Source of the DNA: Actinomycetota bacterium
GTDB lineage: Bacteria; Actinomycetota; UBA4738; CALAEC01
Length of the DNA: 50,567 nucleotides
Direction of reading: 5' to 3'
Assembly (NCBI GenBank): GCA_036396755.1
Contig: DASWKG010000029.1
Coordinates: 1-50,567 of the forward strand
The translations under genes were made by a program, and so were the position numbers. A model generated the notes under the pieces. That model searched no databases and was not told the DNA's origin. It saw nothing but the letters and a program-made list of their open reading frames with translations. Below are positions 1 through 9,632 of the stretch, in pieces; the stretch's first letter is position 1; the number at the start of each line of letters is the position of its first letter.

Positions 1-138
1 GCCGCACGGGCGGCCGAGGAGATCCCGTCCGCGATCTTCGTCTCGCTCCCCGGTCACACGCACTTCTCCGCGGAGCACGTGGCGGACGAGCTGCTGCCAC
101 GTGTCCGGGAGCTGCTGCGGTCGGCCGGGTCCCGATAG
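1..138 (+). CDS. 3' end of an upstream gene truncated by the window edge (possibly an alpha/beta-hydrolase-like C-terminus)
   Basis: Frame 1 is open from base 1 to TAG at 136-138 (..IFVSLPGHTHFSAEHVADELLPRVRELLRSAGSR*). The GH-containing tail resembles hydrolase C-termini. No start codon lies in the window. Confidence 0.35.
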   Translation, partial: AARAAEEIPSAIFVSLPGHTHFSAEHVADELLPRVRELLRSAGSR

Positions 139-167
139 GCAGGGGCGACGGACCGTTCGGCAGGTGT

Positions 168-236
168 GGGAAAGTGGTACCAGAGGACGCGGAAAAGCGG
201 TAGCCCGGTCTGCGGGAAAGTGGTATTGTCGCGGGG
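168..236 (+). repeat. Three direct repeats GG(G/A)AAAG(T/C)GGTA spaced exactly 23 bp apart, upstream of the ATPase gene
   Basis: Copies at 168-179 and 214-225 are identical (GGGAAAGTGGTA). The middle copy at 191-202 is GGAAAAGCGGTA (10/12). The array ends at the proposed GTG start at 236. Confidence 0.7.
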
Positions 237-1465
237 TGGAGTACCACGCCCGTCATGTCGAGGGCCTCATCCAGGAGCTACTCGGGGAGTTGCCGGCCCT
301 GCTCATCGTGGGACCCCGTGCGACTGGGAAGACGACCACCGCTTCTCGCTACGCGAGAACGATCGTGCGGCTCGACCGGCCGGCCGAGGCAGTCGCGTTC
401 AGAGCAGACCCTGACGCCGCCCTCCGGACCCTCGAGGAACCCGTGCTGCTCGACGAGTGGCAGGCGGTCCCCGAGGTGCTCGGAGCGGTCAAGCGGAGCG
501 TCGATCAGGATCCGAGCCCCGGACGCTACCTCCTGACCGGATCGGTGCGCGCCGATCTTGAGGCTGAAACCTGGCCGGGGACAGGGCGCGTGGTCCGAGT
601 CCCCATGTATGGGTTGACCGTTCGAGAGCAGCTCGCCCGCGCCGAGACGACACCGTTCTTCGATCGGGTTGAGAGCGGCGCCGAGTTGACGGTGCCGGCG
701 GATGCGCCCGACCTCCGAGGCTATGTGGAGATGGCTCTCCGCAGCGGTTTCCCCGAGGCAGCCCTCCACCTGTCGCAGTCCGCGAGGGAGCGGTGGCTCG
801 GTAGCTATGTCGACCAGCTCCTGACCCGTGACGCCGCGCAGTTGGAGGGTGGCCGGGACCCGAACCGCCTGCGTCGCTATCTCGAGGCCTACGCGCTGAA
901 CTCGGCCGGCATCGTGACGGAGAAGACGCTCTTCGAAGCCGCGGGTATCAACCGGAAGACCGCGAACGCATACGAGCGACTCCTCGCCAATCTGCTGATC
1001 GTCGAAGCCGTCCCGGCATGGACCTCCAATCGACTCAAGCGCCTGGTCTTGTCCCCCAAGCAGTACCTCGTCGATCCGGCGCTCCTTGCTGCGACCCTCC
1101 GACTCGATGTGAACGGGGTGCTGCGCGATGGGGACCTTCTCGGACGGGTCACCGACACGTTCGTGATGGCGCAGATCCGGGCCGAGCTCGCCGTCTCGGC
1201 GACGCGTCCGCGCGTTTACCACCTGAGAACCGAACAGGGCCGGCACGAGATCGACGTTCTCGGTGAACTTGCCGGACGGGGGATCGTCGCGATCGAGGTG
1301 AAGACACAAGCCGCACCCGACCGTGAGAGCGCCCGACACCTCTCCTGGCTCCGCGAGCGGCTGGGCGACCGGTTCGTCGCAGGCCTCGTGCTCCACACGG
1401 GGCACCGCATCTACAGCCTCGGAGACCGAGTCCGGGCGGTGCCCATCTCTACGCTCTGGGCGTGA
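236..1465 (+). CDS. AAA+ ATPase of the AAA_14/DUF4143 type
   Basis: Walker A GPRATGKTT, Walker B-like VLLDEWQ, and a C-terminal nuclease-fold-like HEIDVL..IVAIEVK. The ORF track starts at GTG 101, but that start overlaps the upstream gene and encodes Arg/Gly-rich junk. GTG 236 gives the typical length of about 409 aa. Confidence 0.8.
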   Translation: MEYHARHVEGLIQELLGELPALLIVGPRATGKTTTASRYARTIVRLDRPAEAVAFRADPDAALRTLEEPVLLDEWQAVPEVLGAVKRSVDQDPSPGRYLLTGSVRADLEAETWPGTGRVVRVPMYGLTVREQLARAETTPFFDRVESGAELTVPADAPDLRGYVEMALRSGFPEAALHLSQSARERWLGSYVDQLLTRDAAQLEGGRDPNRLRRYLEAYALNSAGIVTEKTLFEAAGINRKTANAYERLLANLLIVEAVPAWTSNRLKRLVLSPKQYLVDPALLAATLRLDVNGVLRDGDLLGRVTDTFVMAQIRAELAVSATRPRVYHLRTEQGRHEIDVLGELAGRGIVAIEVKTQAAPDRESARHLSWLRERLGDRFVAGLVLHTGHRIYSLGDRVRAVPISTLWA

Positions 1466-1518
1466 GCTGACCGGTCGCCTCGGTCACGCACGCCCGGACA
1501 CCGCTGATGCGTGGTCCG

Positions 1519-1591
1519 TGGAGACGACCGGGGTCGAACCGGCGACCTCCGGCTTGCAAAGCCGGCGCTCTACCAACTGAGCTACGTCCCC
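1519..1591 (-). tRNA. tRNA-Ala (anticodon TGC)
   Basis: The reverse complement reads GGGGACGTAGCTCAGTTGGTAGAGCGCCGGCTTTGCAAGCCGGAGGTCGCCGGTTCGACCCCGGTCGTCTCCA. It has the G3:U70 Ala identity pair, anticodon loop TTTGCAA and a T-loop GGTTCGA. No 3' CCA is encoded. Confidence 0.95.
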
Positions 1592-1734
1592 TCGGCGACA
1601 TTGTAGGCGGCCGCGCCGGAACCCCACGGCTCGCGCCGTGGGCAACGCGCGCGTCGAGCGGGCGTTCGTCGCCCGGACCCCGCCGCGCCCGGGGAACTGG
1701 CGTCGGCCTGACGGCGCACCGGCCTCCGCTCCGG

Positions 1735-1740
1735 TAGGCT
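1735..1740 (+). promoter_or_regulatory. Candidate -10 hexamer TAGGCT, 7 nt before the ATG (leaderless transcript candidate)
   Basis: It matches the TANNNT pattern. There is no Shine-Dalgarno sequence between it and the ATG at 1748. Confidence 0.35.
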
Positions 1741-1747
1741 CCGACGG

Positions 1748-2506
1748 ATGCGAACAACGAAGCTGCTCATCGTGCTGGTGATCGCCCAAGCCACGATCGC
1801 GCCGGCGGGCGCGGCCCAGCGCTGCTTCGGCCAGCGCGCCGACGTGGTCGGCACACCGGGAAGCGACACGCTCGCCGGGACGCCCGGCGACGACGTCATC
1901 GTGGGCCTCGGCGGCGACGATGTGATCAGGGGCCTCGGCGGCAACGACCGCGTCTGCGCCGGGCCGGGCGCCGACCGCGTCAACGGCGGTCGCGGCGACG
2001 ACTCGCTGGCGGGCGAGGAGGACGCCGACACGATCGACGGTGCGCGCGGGTACGACCTCCTGACCGGCGGCCCGGGGGACGACCTCCTCGACGACGGCGA
2101 CGGCGACGGCGTCGTGCGAGGAGGGCCCGGCGCGGACACGATCAACGGCAACACGGGCGAGGACCGCCTCTTCGGCGACACGGGGGACGACGAGATCGAC
2201 GCCGAGCTGGGCGACGACGAGCTGTTCGGCGGCGAGGGGAACGACCGGCTCACCGGCGGCCGCGGCATCGACGTCCTCGAGGGCGGCGGAGGTGACGACG
2301 CCCCCATCCTCGGGGGGGACGGCGACGACGTGCTCGAGGGCGGGGACGGCGACGACGACCTGTACGGCGACGGCTCCCCGGGCGGCCCGGGGAGCCCCGA
2401 GGGGAACGACGACCTCGACGGCGGGGAGGGCACCGACGGCACCGACGGCGGCCCGGGCACCGACCACTGCACGAACGGCGAGACCGTCGTCAACTGCGAG
2501 TCCTGA
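1748..2506 (+). CDS. Secreted calcium-binding protein with hemolysin-type (RTX-like) GGxGxD repeats
   Basis: N-terminal signal peptide MRTTKLLIVLVIAQATIAPAGAA. About 20 tandem G-G/D-x-G-x-D nonapeptides follow (GLGGDDVIRGLGGNDRV..GGRGDDSL..). A Cys lies near each end. Confidence 0.8.
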   Translation: MRTTKLLIVLVIAQATIAPAGAAQRCFGQRADVVGTPGSDTLAGTPGDDVIVGLGGDDVIRGLGGNDRVCAGPGADRVNGGRGDDSLAGEEDADTIDGARGYDLLTGGPGDDLLDDGDGDGVVRGGPGADTINGNTGEDRLFGDTGDDEIDAELGDDELFGGEGNDRLTGGRGIDVLEGGGGDDAPILGGDGDDVLEGGDGDDDLYGDGSPGGPGSPEGNDDLDGGEGTDGTDGGPGTDHCTNGETVVNCES

Positions 2507-2558
2507 AGCCCGCCCGCCTCCTTGCACCGCGGCTCGGCGGCTGGAATCATCGGCGACG

Positions 2559-3164
2559 ATGGATTCCGCAGCCGGAACCGCCACCACCCCGGCCCGACCC
2601 ACCCTTCCGGCCATCCTGACGATGGCGGGGGGGCTGCTGGTCGCCGCCGCGGGCTTCCTCGACTGGTTCGACCTCACCAGCGCCGGCGGCACGGTCGCGA
2701 TCAAGGGCAACGAGTTCTCGGTGGGCATCGGCGCGAGCGCGATCGGGGTCTTCACCGCGATCTCGGGGGTCATCATGCTGCTCAGAGGGCCGGAGACCGG
2801 CGCGAAGGCGTGGTCGGTCACCGTCATCGTGCTGGCGGCCATCCTGACGGTCGTCGGAGGGGCGTCCGCGTTCGCCCCGGAGACCGCCATCACCCAGTAC
2901 GCCGCCGGAGACGTCGGGGAGACGCTCGGGATCTCGGAGACCGCGGCGAAGGCCGCGCTGGAGAACGCGTTCGCGACCGGAACCCTGTCGGCCACGGCGA
3001 AGATCGGCTCCTACCTCGTCCTCGCGGGGGCCCTCTCGGCGCTCGGCGGAGGCATCGCCGGCGTGGCTTTCGCCAAACGTCGCCGCGCCTCCAAGGCCGC
3101 TCCCCCGCCCGTCGCGCCTCCGTCACCGGCCACTCCGCCACCGGCCACGCCCCCGCCTGCCTGA
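2559..3164 (+). CDS. Hypothetical polytopic membrane protein with a Pro-rich C-terminal tail
   Basis: ATG at 2559 lies inside ORF 2292..3164. About four hydrophobic helices (LTMAGGLLVAAAGFL.., IGVFTAISGVIMLL, VTVIVLAAILTVVGG, YLVLAGALSALGGGIAGVAF) are followed by KRRRASK and a PPPVAPPSPATPPPATPPPA tail. Confidence 0.55.
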   Translation: MDSAAGTATTPARPTLPAILTMAGGLLVAAAGFLDWFDLTSAGGTVAIKGNEFSVGIGASAIGVFTAISGVIMLLRGPETGAKAWSVTVIVLAAILTVVGGASAFAPETAITQYAAGDVGETLGISETAAKAALENAFATGTLSATAKIGSYLVLAGALSALGGGIAGVAFAKRRRASKAAPPPVAPPSPATPPPATPPPA

Positions 3165-3237
3165 ACCCCGGCATCTGCGGGAGCCCATCCTGACTATCCG
3201 CTAGTCCGAACTGACTAGTGGGTACCGGTCATCCCGG

Positions 3238-3660
3238 GTGGCCGGAAAGATGCTCCTTCGGTGCTATGGAGTTCTTTGCCCCGCTTCGCCGATGATTCCA
3301 GCCATGAGCGCCCGCCACCTTCGGATCGCGACACCCGACGAGCGAAGCTACATCGTCGCCCGCACCCAGCTCGCCTCCCCCGGCCGGCCCTACGTGGTCG
3401 CGGAGTGCACGCCCGGCGCGCTCGTCTCACCGCCGCCCGGGCTCGAGACGCTCACCCGCGCGCAGATGCAGCGCGACCGCCTCCTGAAGGACGCCCTGGC
3501 GGCCTGGGAGGGCCACGACGACACGCTCGCCGGTCGCGAGCGCACGGCGCGGGCCCGCCTCACCGAGTCGCGCTCACGGGCTCGCGCGCGCGCGATGCAC
3601 CCGAGCTCGCGGCCCGACACGATGCGGCTCACCGGCCCGATCACCCGCCCCTCCTCCTGA
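3238..3660 (+). CDS. Hypothetical protein (start uncertain; alternative ATG at 3304)
   Basis: An open frame ends just before a strong hairpin terminator. I recognised no family motif. The Arg-rich C-terminus means this could be a GC-driven artefact. Confidence 0.3.
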   Translation: MAGKMLLRCYGVLCPASPMIPAMSARHLRIATPDERSYIVARTQLASPGRPYVVAECTPGALVSPPPGLETLTRAQMQRDRLLKDALAAWEGHDDTLAGRERTARARLTESRSRARARAMHPSSRPDTMRLTGPITRPSS

Positions 3661-3676
3661 CGCCCCCCGAAACGAA

Positions 3677-3702
3677 GAACCGGCCCCCGAGGGGGCCGGT
3701 TC
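3677..3702. terminator. Bidirectional hairpin between convergent genes
   Basis: GAACCGGCCCCC-GA-GGGGGCCGGTTC forms a 12-bp GC stem between the 3238..3660 (+) and 3725..3877 (-) ORFs. Confidence 0.6.
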
Positions 3703-3724
3703 GACGTTCTTCTCCGAGCGATGG

Positions 3725-3877
3725 TCAGCTGCCCTCCGCCGGAGGAAGCTCCTGCCACTCGCTCTCCTCGACACCACGGCTCTTCCGCCGCCGGAACAGG
3801 GCAACGAACGCCCCGACGCCGGCCAGGATCGCCGCCCAGAGGAAGAACTTCTTCTTGCCCTTCTTTTCCTCCCCCAT
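3725..3877 (-). CDS. Small (50 aa) single-pass membrane protein, not in the ORF track
   Basis: Translation is MGEEKKGKKKFFLWAAILAGVGAFVALFRRRKSRGVEESEWQELPPAEGS. A strong SD GAAGGAGGAGCG precedes the ATG. Its position next to tRNA-Ile and DUF3566 recalls small actinobacterial DLW-39-type proteins (from memory, unverified). Confidence 0.55.
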   Translation of the reverse strand: MGEEKKGKKKFFLWAAILAGVGAFVALFRRRKSRGVEESEWQELPPAEGS

Positions 3878-3903
3878 CGCTCCTCCTTCGTCTCCGCCCC
3901 CAG

Positions 3904-3977
3904 TGGGCCTGGGTGGACTTGAACCACCGGCCTCACCCTTATCAGGGGTGCGCTCTAACCGCCTGAGCTACAGGCCC
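3904..3977 (-). tRNA. tRNA-Ile (anticodon GAT)
   Basis: The reverse complement reads GGGCCTGTAGCTCAGGCGGTTAGAGCGCACCCCTGATAAGGGTGAGGCCGGTGGTTCAAGTCCACCCAGGCCCA. Anticodon loop is CTGATAA. No 3' CCA is encoded. Confidence 0.95.
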
Positions 3978-4044
3978 CGGGGGACGAAGCGTACCCGTGG
4001 CCGGCAGAGACCGTCAATGCGGGCGGACGCGGGCCGCGCGCCGG

Positions 4045-4464
4045 TCAGCGGCGCTCTTGGAGGGTGACCTCGATGCCGCCGACGAGGTCGGCGATGAGGT
4101 TGTAGAGGAAGGCCACGAACACGGTGAGGGCCGACCACAGCGCCACCGAGATGATGCCGATCAGGACCAGCATCCGCAGGAGGAACCCGGAGTTCACCTC
4201 GAAGTTCGCCTCCCACAGCGACGACATGAACTCCTCGACCGAGTCGATGATGCCGAGCGCGTCCACCACCAAGAAGAGGATGGACAGGCCGATCACGACG
4301 ACGAGCATCAGGCAGAGGTAGAAGACGAGCGAGAACTTCAGGACGGACCAGGGGCTGACGCGCCGGACGGCCACCTTGATCCGCCGGGGGGCGGGGCGGC
4401 GAGCCGGCGTGGCTGCAGCCGCTCTCGTGGGCTTGGGTTGGGGGCGTTCTCTGACGGTGGCCAT
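4045..4464 (-). CDS. DUF3566-type transmembrane protein (Rv0007-like, gyrA-linked)
   Basis: Basic N-terminus, then VSPWSVLKFSLVFYLCLMLVVVIGLSILFLVVD.. and ..ISVALWSALTVFVAFLYNLIADLVGGIEVTL. It sits in the conserved position downstream of gyrA. Confidence 0.75.
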   Translation of the reverse strand: MATVRERPQPKPTRAAAATPARRPAPRRIKVAVRRVSPWSVLKFSLVFYLCLMLVVVIGLSILFLVVDALGIIDSVEEFMSSLWEANFEVNSGFLLRMLVLIGIISVALWSALTVFVAFLYNLIADLVGGIEVTLQERR

Positions 4465-4495
4465 GGGTCTCCTTCAGACCGCGACAGTCTACCTG

Positions 4496-4765
4496 CTACG
4501 CCTCGCCCTCCCGAGCACCCGGGCCGAACGGGCCGAGCACGATCCGGACGTGCGCGGGGACGAGCACGGCCAAAAGGAGCGCGGCGAACGCGACCTCACC
4601 GGTTGACGGGTTCGTCCTGACCAGCATGCCCCCGACCGCCAGCGCGGCCCCCGCCAGGGCCAGCGCCAGCGCGATGAGCGGCGCGGGCAGGCTGCGCCTC
4701 AGCGGGATCGCCAGGAGCACGGCGACGCCGGCCGAGGCGGCGGCGACCCATGCCCCGACGCTCAC
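4496..4765 (-). CDS. Possible 89-aa hydrophobic membrane protein coupled to the gyrA stop
   Basis: GTG at 4765 overlaps the gyrA TGA (GTGA). Translation is VSVGAWVAAASAGVAVLLAIPL..LIALALALAGAALAVGGML..AFAALLLAVLVPAHV, about three helices. This is only the C-terminal end of the spurious 1401-aa ORF. Confidence 0.35.
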   Translation of the reverse strand: MSVGAWVAAASAGVAVLLAIPLRRSLPAPLIALALALAGAALAVGGMLVRTNPSTGEVAFAALLLAVLVPAHVRIVLGPFGPGAREGEA

Positions 4766-7215
4766 GACTCCTCGGCGGCCTCGGTGATGACCGGCGCGGC
4801 GGCGGCGATCTTCTGCTTCGGCTCGAGCTTCATGATCTTCACGCCCTGGCTGGGGCGGCCGGTCTTGCGGAAGCTCGCCGCCGGCACGCGGATCACCACG
4901 CCCGAGCTGGAGATCACGAAGACGTCCTGGTCGGGCCCGGTCATGAAGGCGCCCGCGACCTTCCCGGTCCTGGGGGTGAGCTTGTGGGTGATGACGCCCT
5001 GGCCGCCGCGGCCCTTCGTGGGGTACTCGGCGATCGGGGTCCGCTTGCCGAGCCCCATCTCTGTGACGGTGACGAGGTCGTGGTCCTTCGCGGCCAGGGT
5101 CATGGTGATCACCTCGTCGCGCGGGCCCACCCGCATGCCGATGACGCCGGCCGCCTGCCGGCCCATCGCGCGCACCGCCTTGTCGGGGAAGCGGATCGCC
5201 TTGCCGCCGCGGGAGACGAGCAGCACGTCCTCCTTGCCGTCGGAGAGGCGGACCCGGATCAGCTCGTCGCCCTTGCGCAGGTTGATCGCGGCCAGCCCCG
5301 TGCGCGACGAGTCGTACTGGGCCAGCTCGGTCTTCTTGATCATCCCCTTCTTCGTGGCGAACAGGACGTACTTCGCGGCGTCGTAGTCGGAGATGGCCTG
5401 CACCGCGGCGATGCGCTCCTCGCCCGAGATGGAGACCCCGGGGAGGTTGGCCGCGTAGATGCCGCGCGCGGTCCGCGATGCCTCGGGCACCTCGTAGACC
5501 TTCACGCGGTAGACCTTCCCGGTGTTCGTGAAGAACAGGAGCCAGTGCCGCGTGGTCGTCGTGAACACGTGGGAGGGGATGTCCTCCTCCTTGAGGTTGC
5601 CGCCCCGCACGCCCCGGCCGCCGCGGCCCTGCGTGCGGTAGGTCTCGACCGGCATCCGCTTCACGTAGCCGGCCCGGGTGACCGTGATGACGACATCCTG
5701 CCTCGCCACCAGGTCCTCGATGTCGATCTCGCCCTCGTCGGGGCGGATCTCGGTGCGCCGCCCGTCCGCGTACCTCTCGCGGATCTCGCTGAGCTCTTGC
5801 TTGAGGAGCGCGCGGATCTTCTTCGGGTCCTTGAGGAGAGCCTTCAGGCGCTTGATCGTGGCCTGCAGCTCGCGGTGCTCCTCCTCCAGCTTCTCGCGCT
5901 CGAGCTGGGTGAGCCGGCGGAGCGGCATGTCGAGGATGTGGTTCGCCTGGATCTCCGACAGCTTGAAGCGGCGCATGAGCTTGGTCCGCGCCTCGTCGGC
6001 GTCGGTTGACCCGCGGATGATCTTGATGACCGCGTCCAGGTTCGAGAGCGCGATGAGCAGCCCCTCGACGATGTGATCGCGCTCCTCCGCCTTCCGCAGC
6101 TCGAACTTCGAGCGCCTGGTCAGGACCTCGAGCTCGTGCTCGATGTAGTGGCGGATGACCTCGTCGAGCTTGAGCGTGCGCGGCACGCCGTCGACGAGCG
6201 CCAGCATGATCACGCCGAAGCTCTCCTGCAGCTGCGTGTGCTTGTACAGCTTGTTGAGGACGATCTGCGGGTTCGCGCCGCGGTTCAGGTCGACGACGAT
6301 GCGCATGCCACCGCGGCCGCTGGACTCGTTTCGCACGCCGCCCTTGAGGGGAACCTCGGTGAGGCGCCGCTGGTTGACGAGCTCCTGGATCTTCTCGGCG
6401 ACCCGGCCCGGGTTCACCTGGTACGGCACCTCGGTCACCACCAGTCGCTGGCGGCCCTTGGAGTCCTCCTCGATGGTGACCTTCGCGCGCATCCGGATGG
6501 ACCCGCGCCCGGTCGTGTACGCGTCCCTGATGCCGTCCTTGCCCATGATGAAGCCGCCGGTCGGGAAGTCGGGCCCGGTGATGTGCTTCATGAGCTGGAC
6601 GGCGGTGATGTTCGGGTTGTCGATCATCGCGAGGGTCCCGTCGATCACCTCGGCGATGTTGTGGGGCGGGATGTTCGTCGCCATGCCGACCGCGATCCCG
6701 GCAGACCCGTTGACGAGCAGGTTCGGGAACCGGGCCGGGAGGACGAGCGGCTCGTCGTGGTTCCCGTCGAAGTTCGGGATGAAGTCGACCGTCTCCTTCT
6801 CGATGTCCCGCAGCAGCTCCATCGCCAGCGGGTCGAGCCGCGCTTCGGTATAGCGGTATGCGGCAGCTGGATGCCCCTGGATGTCGCCGAAGTTGCCCTG
6901 GCCGGCGACGAGGGGGTAGCGCAGTGAGAAGTCCTGGGCCATGCGGACCATGGCGTCGTAGACCGCCTGGTCGCCGTGGGGGTGGTACCGGCCGATGACC
7001 GAACCGACGACGGTGGCCGACTTGCGGGTGGGCCGGTCGGGGCGGAGCCCGTCCTCGAACATCGCCCAGAGGATGCGGCGGTGGACGGGCTTCAGGCCGT
7101 CGCGCGCGTCGGGCAGGGCGCGCCCGACGATGACCGACATCGCGTAGTCGAGGAAGGAGGCCTTGATCTCCTCCTCGATGTCGCGCGGCTCGAACCGCTC
7201 CTCTACCTGAGCCAT
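4762..7215 (-). CDS. gyrA: DNA gyrase subunit A
   Basis: 817 aa. Motifs include DGLKPVHRRIL, HPHGD, the AAAYRYTEARL active-site Tyr region, and C-terminal beta-pinwheel repeats. Confidence 0.98.
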   Translation of the reverse strand: MAQVEERFEPRDIEEEIKASFLDYAMSVIVGRALPDARDGLKPVHRRILWAMFEDGLRPDRPTRKSATVVGSVIGRYHPHGDQAVYDAMVRMAQDFSLRYPLVAGQGNFGDIQGHPAAAYRYTEARLDPLAMELLRDIEKETVDFIPNFDGNHDEPLVLPARFPNLLVNGSAGIAVGMATNIPPHNIAEVIDGTLAMIDNPNITAVQLMKHITGPDFPTGGFIMGKDGIRDAYTTGRGSIRMRAKVTIEEDSKGRQRLVVTEVPYQVNPGRVAEKIQELVNQRRLTEVPLKGGVRNESSGRGGMRIVVDLNRGANPQIVLNKLYKHTQLQESFGVIMLALVDGVPRTLKLDEVIRHYIEHELEVLTRRSKFELRKAEERDHIVEGLLIALSNLDAVIKIIRGSTDADEARTKLMRRFKLSEIQANHILDMPLRRLTQLEREKLEEEHRELQATIKRLKALLKDPKKIRALLKQELSEIRERYADGRRTEIRPDEGEIDIEDLVARQDVVITVTRAGYVKRMPVETYRTQGRGGRGVRGGNLKEEDIPSHVFTTTTRHWLLFFTNTGKVYRVKVYEVPEASRTARGIYAANLPGVSISGEERIAAVQAISDYDAAKYVLFATKKGMIKKTELAQYDSSRTGLAAINLRKGDELIRVRLSDGKEDVLLVSRGGKAIRFPDKAVRAMGRQAAGVIGMRVGPRDEVITMTLAAKDHDLVTVTEMGLGKRTPIAEYPTKGRGGQGVITHKLTPRTGKVAGAFMTGPDQDVFVISSSGVVIRVPAASFRKTGRPSQGVKIMKLEPKQKIAAAAPVITEAAEES

Positions 7216-7218
7216 GCG

Positions 7219-9231
<2,013 letters not shown>

Positions 9232-9284
9232 CTAGATAAAGTCCGTCGCAGGAAGGGTCTGCTGCGGGGTCACCTACACACAGG

Positions 9285-9290
9285 ATTATA
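9285..9290 (-). promoter_or_regulatory. Candidate gyrB -10 hexamer TATAAT (minus strand)
   Basis: Plus-strand attata at 9285-9290 directly follows the dciA stop. It would give a leader of about 75 nt containing the hairpin CGCAG..CTGCG. Confidence 0.35.
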
Positions 9291-9632
9291 TCACCGGGGC
9301 CCCCGGCCCCCTCCCCGCGACGGCCCCTCGACCACCACTCGAACCGACTTCACATCCGCGCTCCCAAGCACCTCGTTGGCCTTCGATGCGATCTCGCGCT
9401 CGAGGAACCCGATCTGGGCCGCCCAGGCCGCGGACGACGCCCCCACGAGCAGCCCGCCCTTCTCGAGGCCGAGCGGCCGGCACTCCTTCGCCAGCCGGTC
9501 CCCGACCACCCGGTCCCACCCCCGCGCGAGCCGGCCGAGCGCGATGCCCCGCCGCCACACGCCACCCTCGAGGAGGTGCCGCACGACCTCGCCGATGCCG
9601 GCGCCGTCTCGGCGCTTCGGCTCCTCAGGCAC
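9291..9632 (-). CDS. dciA: DUF721/DciA-family protein (Rv0004-like helicase-loading factor)
   Basis: 113 aa in the conserved recF-gyrB slot. It has the typical W..VVG..LA..C.P..L..G.L.V...SS.WA..L pattern. The GTG start overlaps the recF stop by 8 nt. Confidence 0.75.
   Translation of the reverse strand: MPEEPKRRDGAGIGEVVRHLLEGGVWRRGIALGRLARGWDRVVGDRLAKECRPLGLEKGGLLVGASSAAWAAQIGFLEREIASKANEVLGSADVKSVRVVVEGPSRGGGRGPR

Noticed and set aside
168-236. Could the 23-bp-phased repeats be a mini-CRISPR array?
   Set aside because: The repeats are only 12-13 bp with 10-11-bp spacers, there are only three copies, one copy is degenerate, and no cas genes are present. They fit protein-binding iterons or an operator much better.
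1748-2506. RTX repeats as evidence for a type I secreted toxin
   Set aside because: The protein has a classical N-terminal Sec signal peptide. It has no C-terminal secretion domain, no acyltransferase, and no ABC/MFP/TolC genes nearby. It is better described as a secreted calcium-binding beta-roll protein.
1592-3903. Integrated mobile element or genomic island at the tRNA genes
   Set aside because: I could find no integrase, recombinase or transposase, and no direct repeat of either tRNA 3' end. It is kept only as a synteny-based accessory islet.
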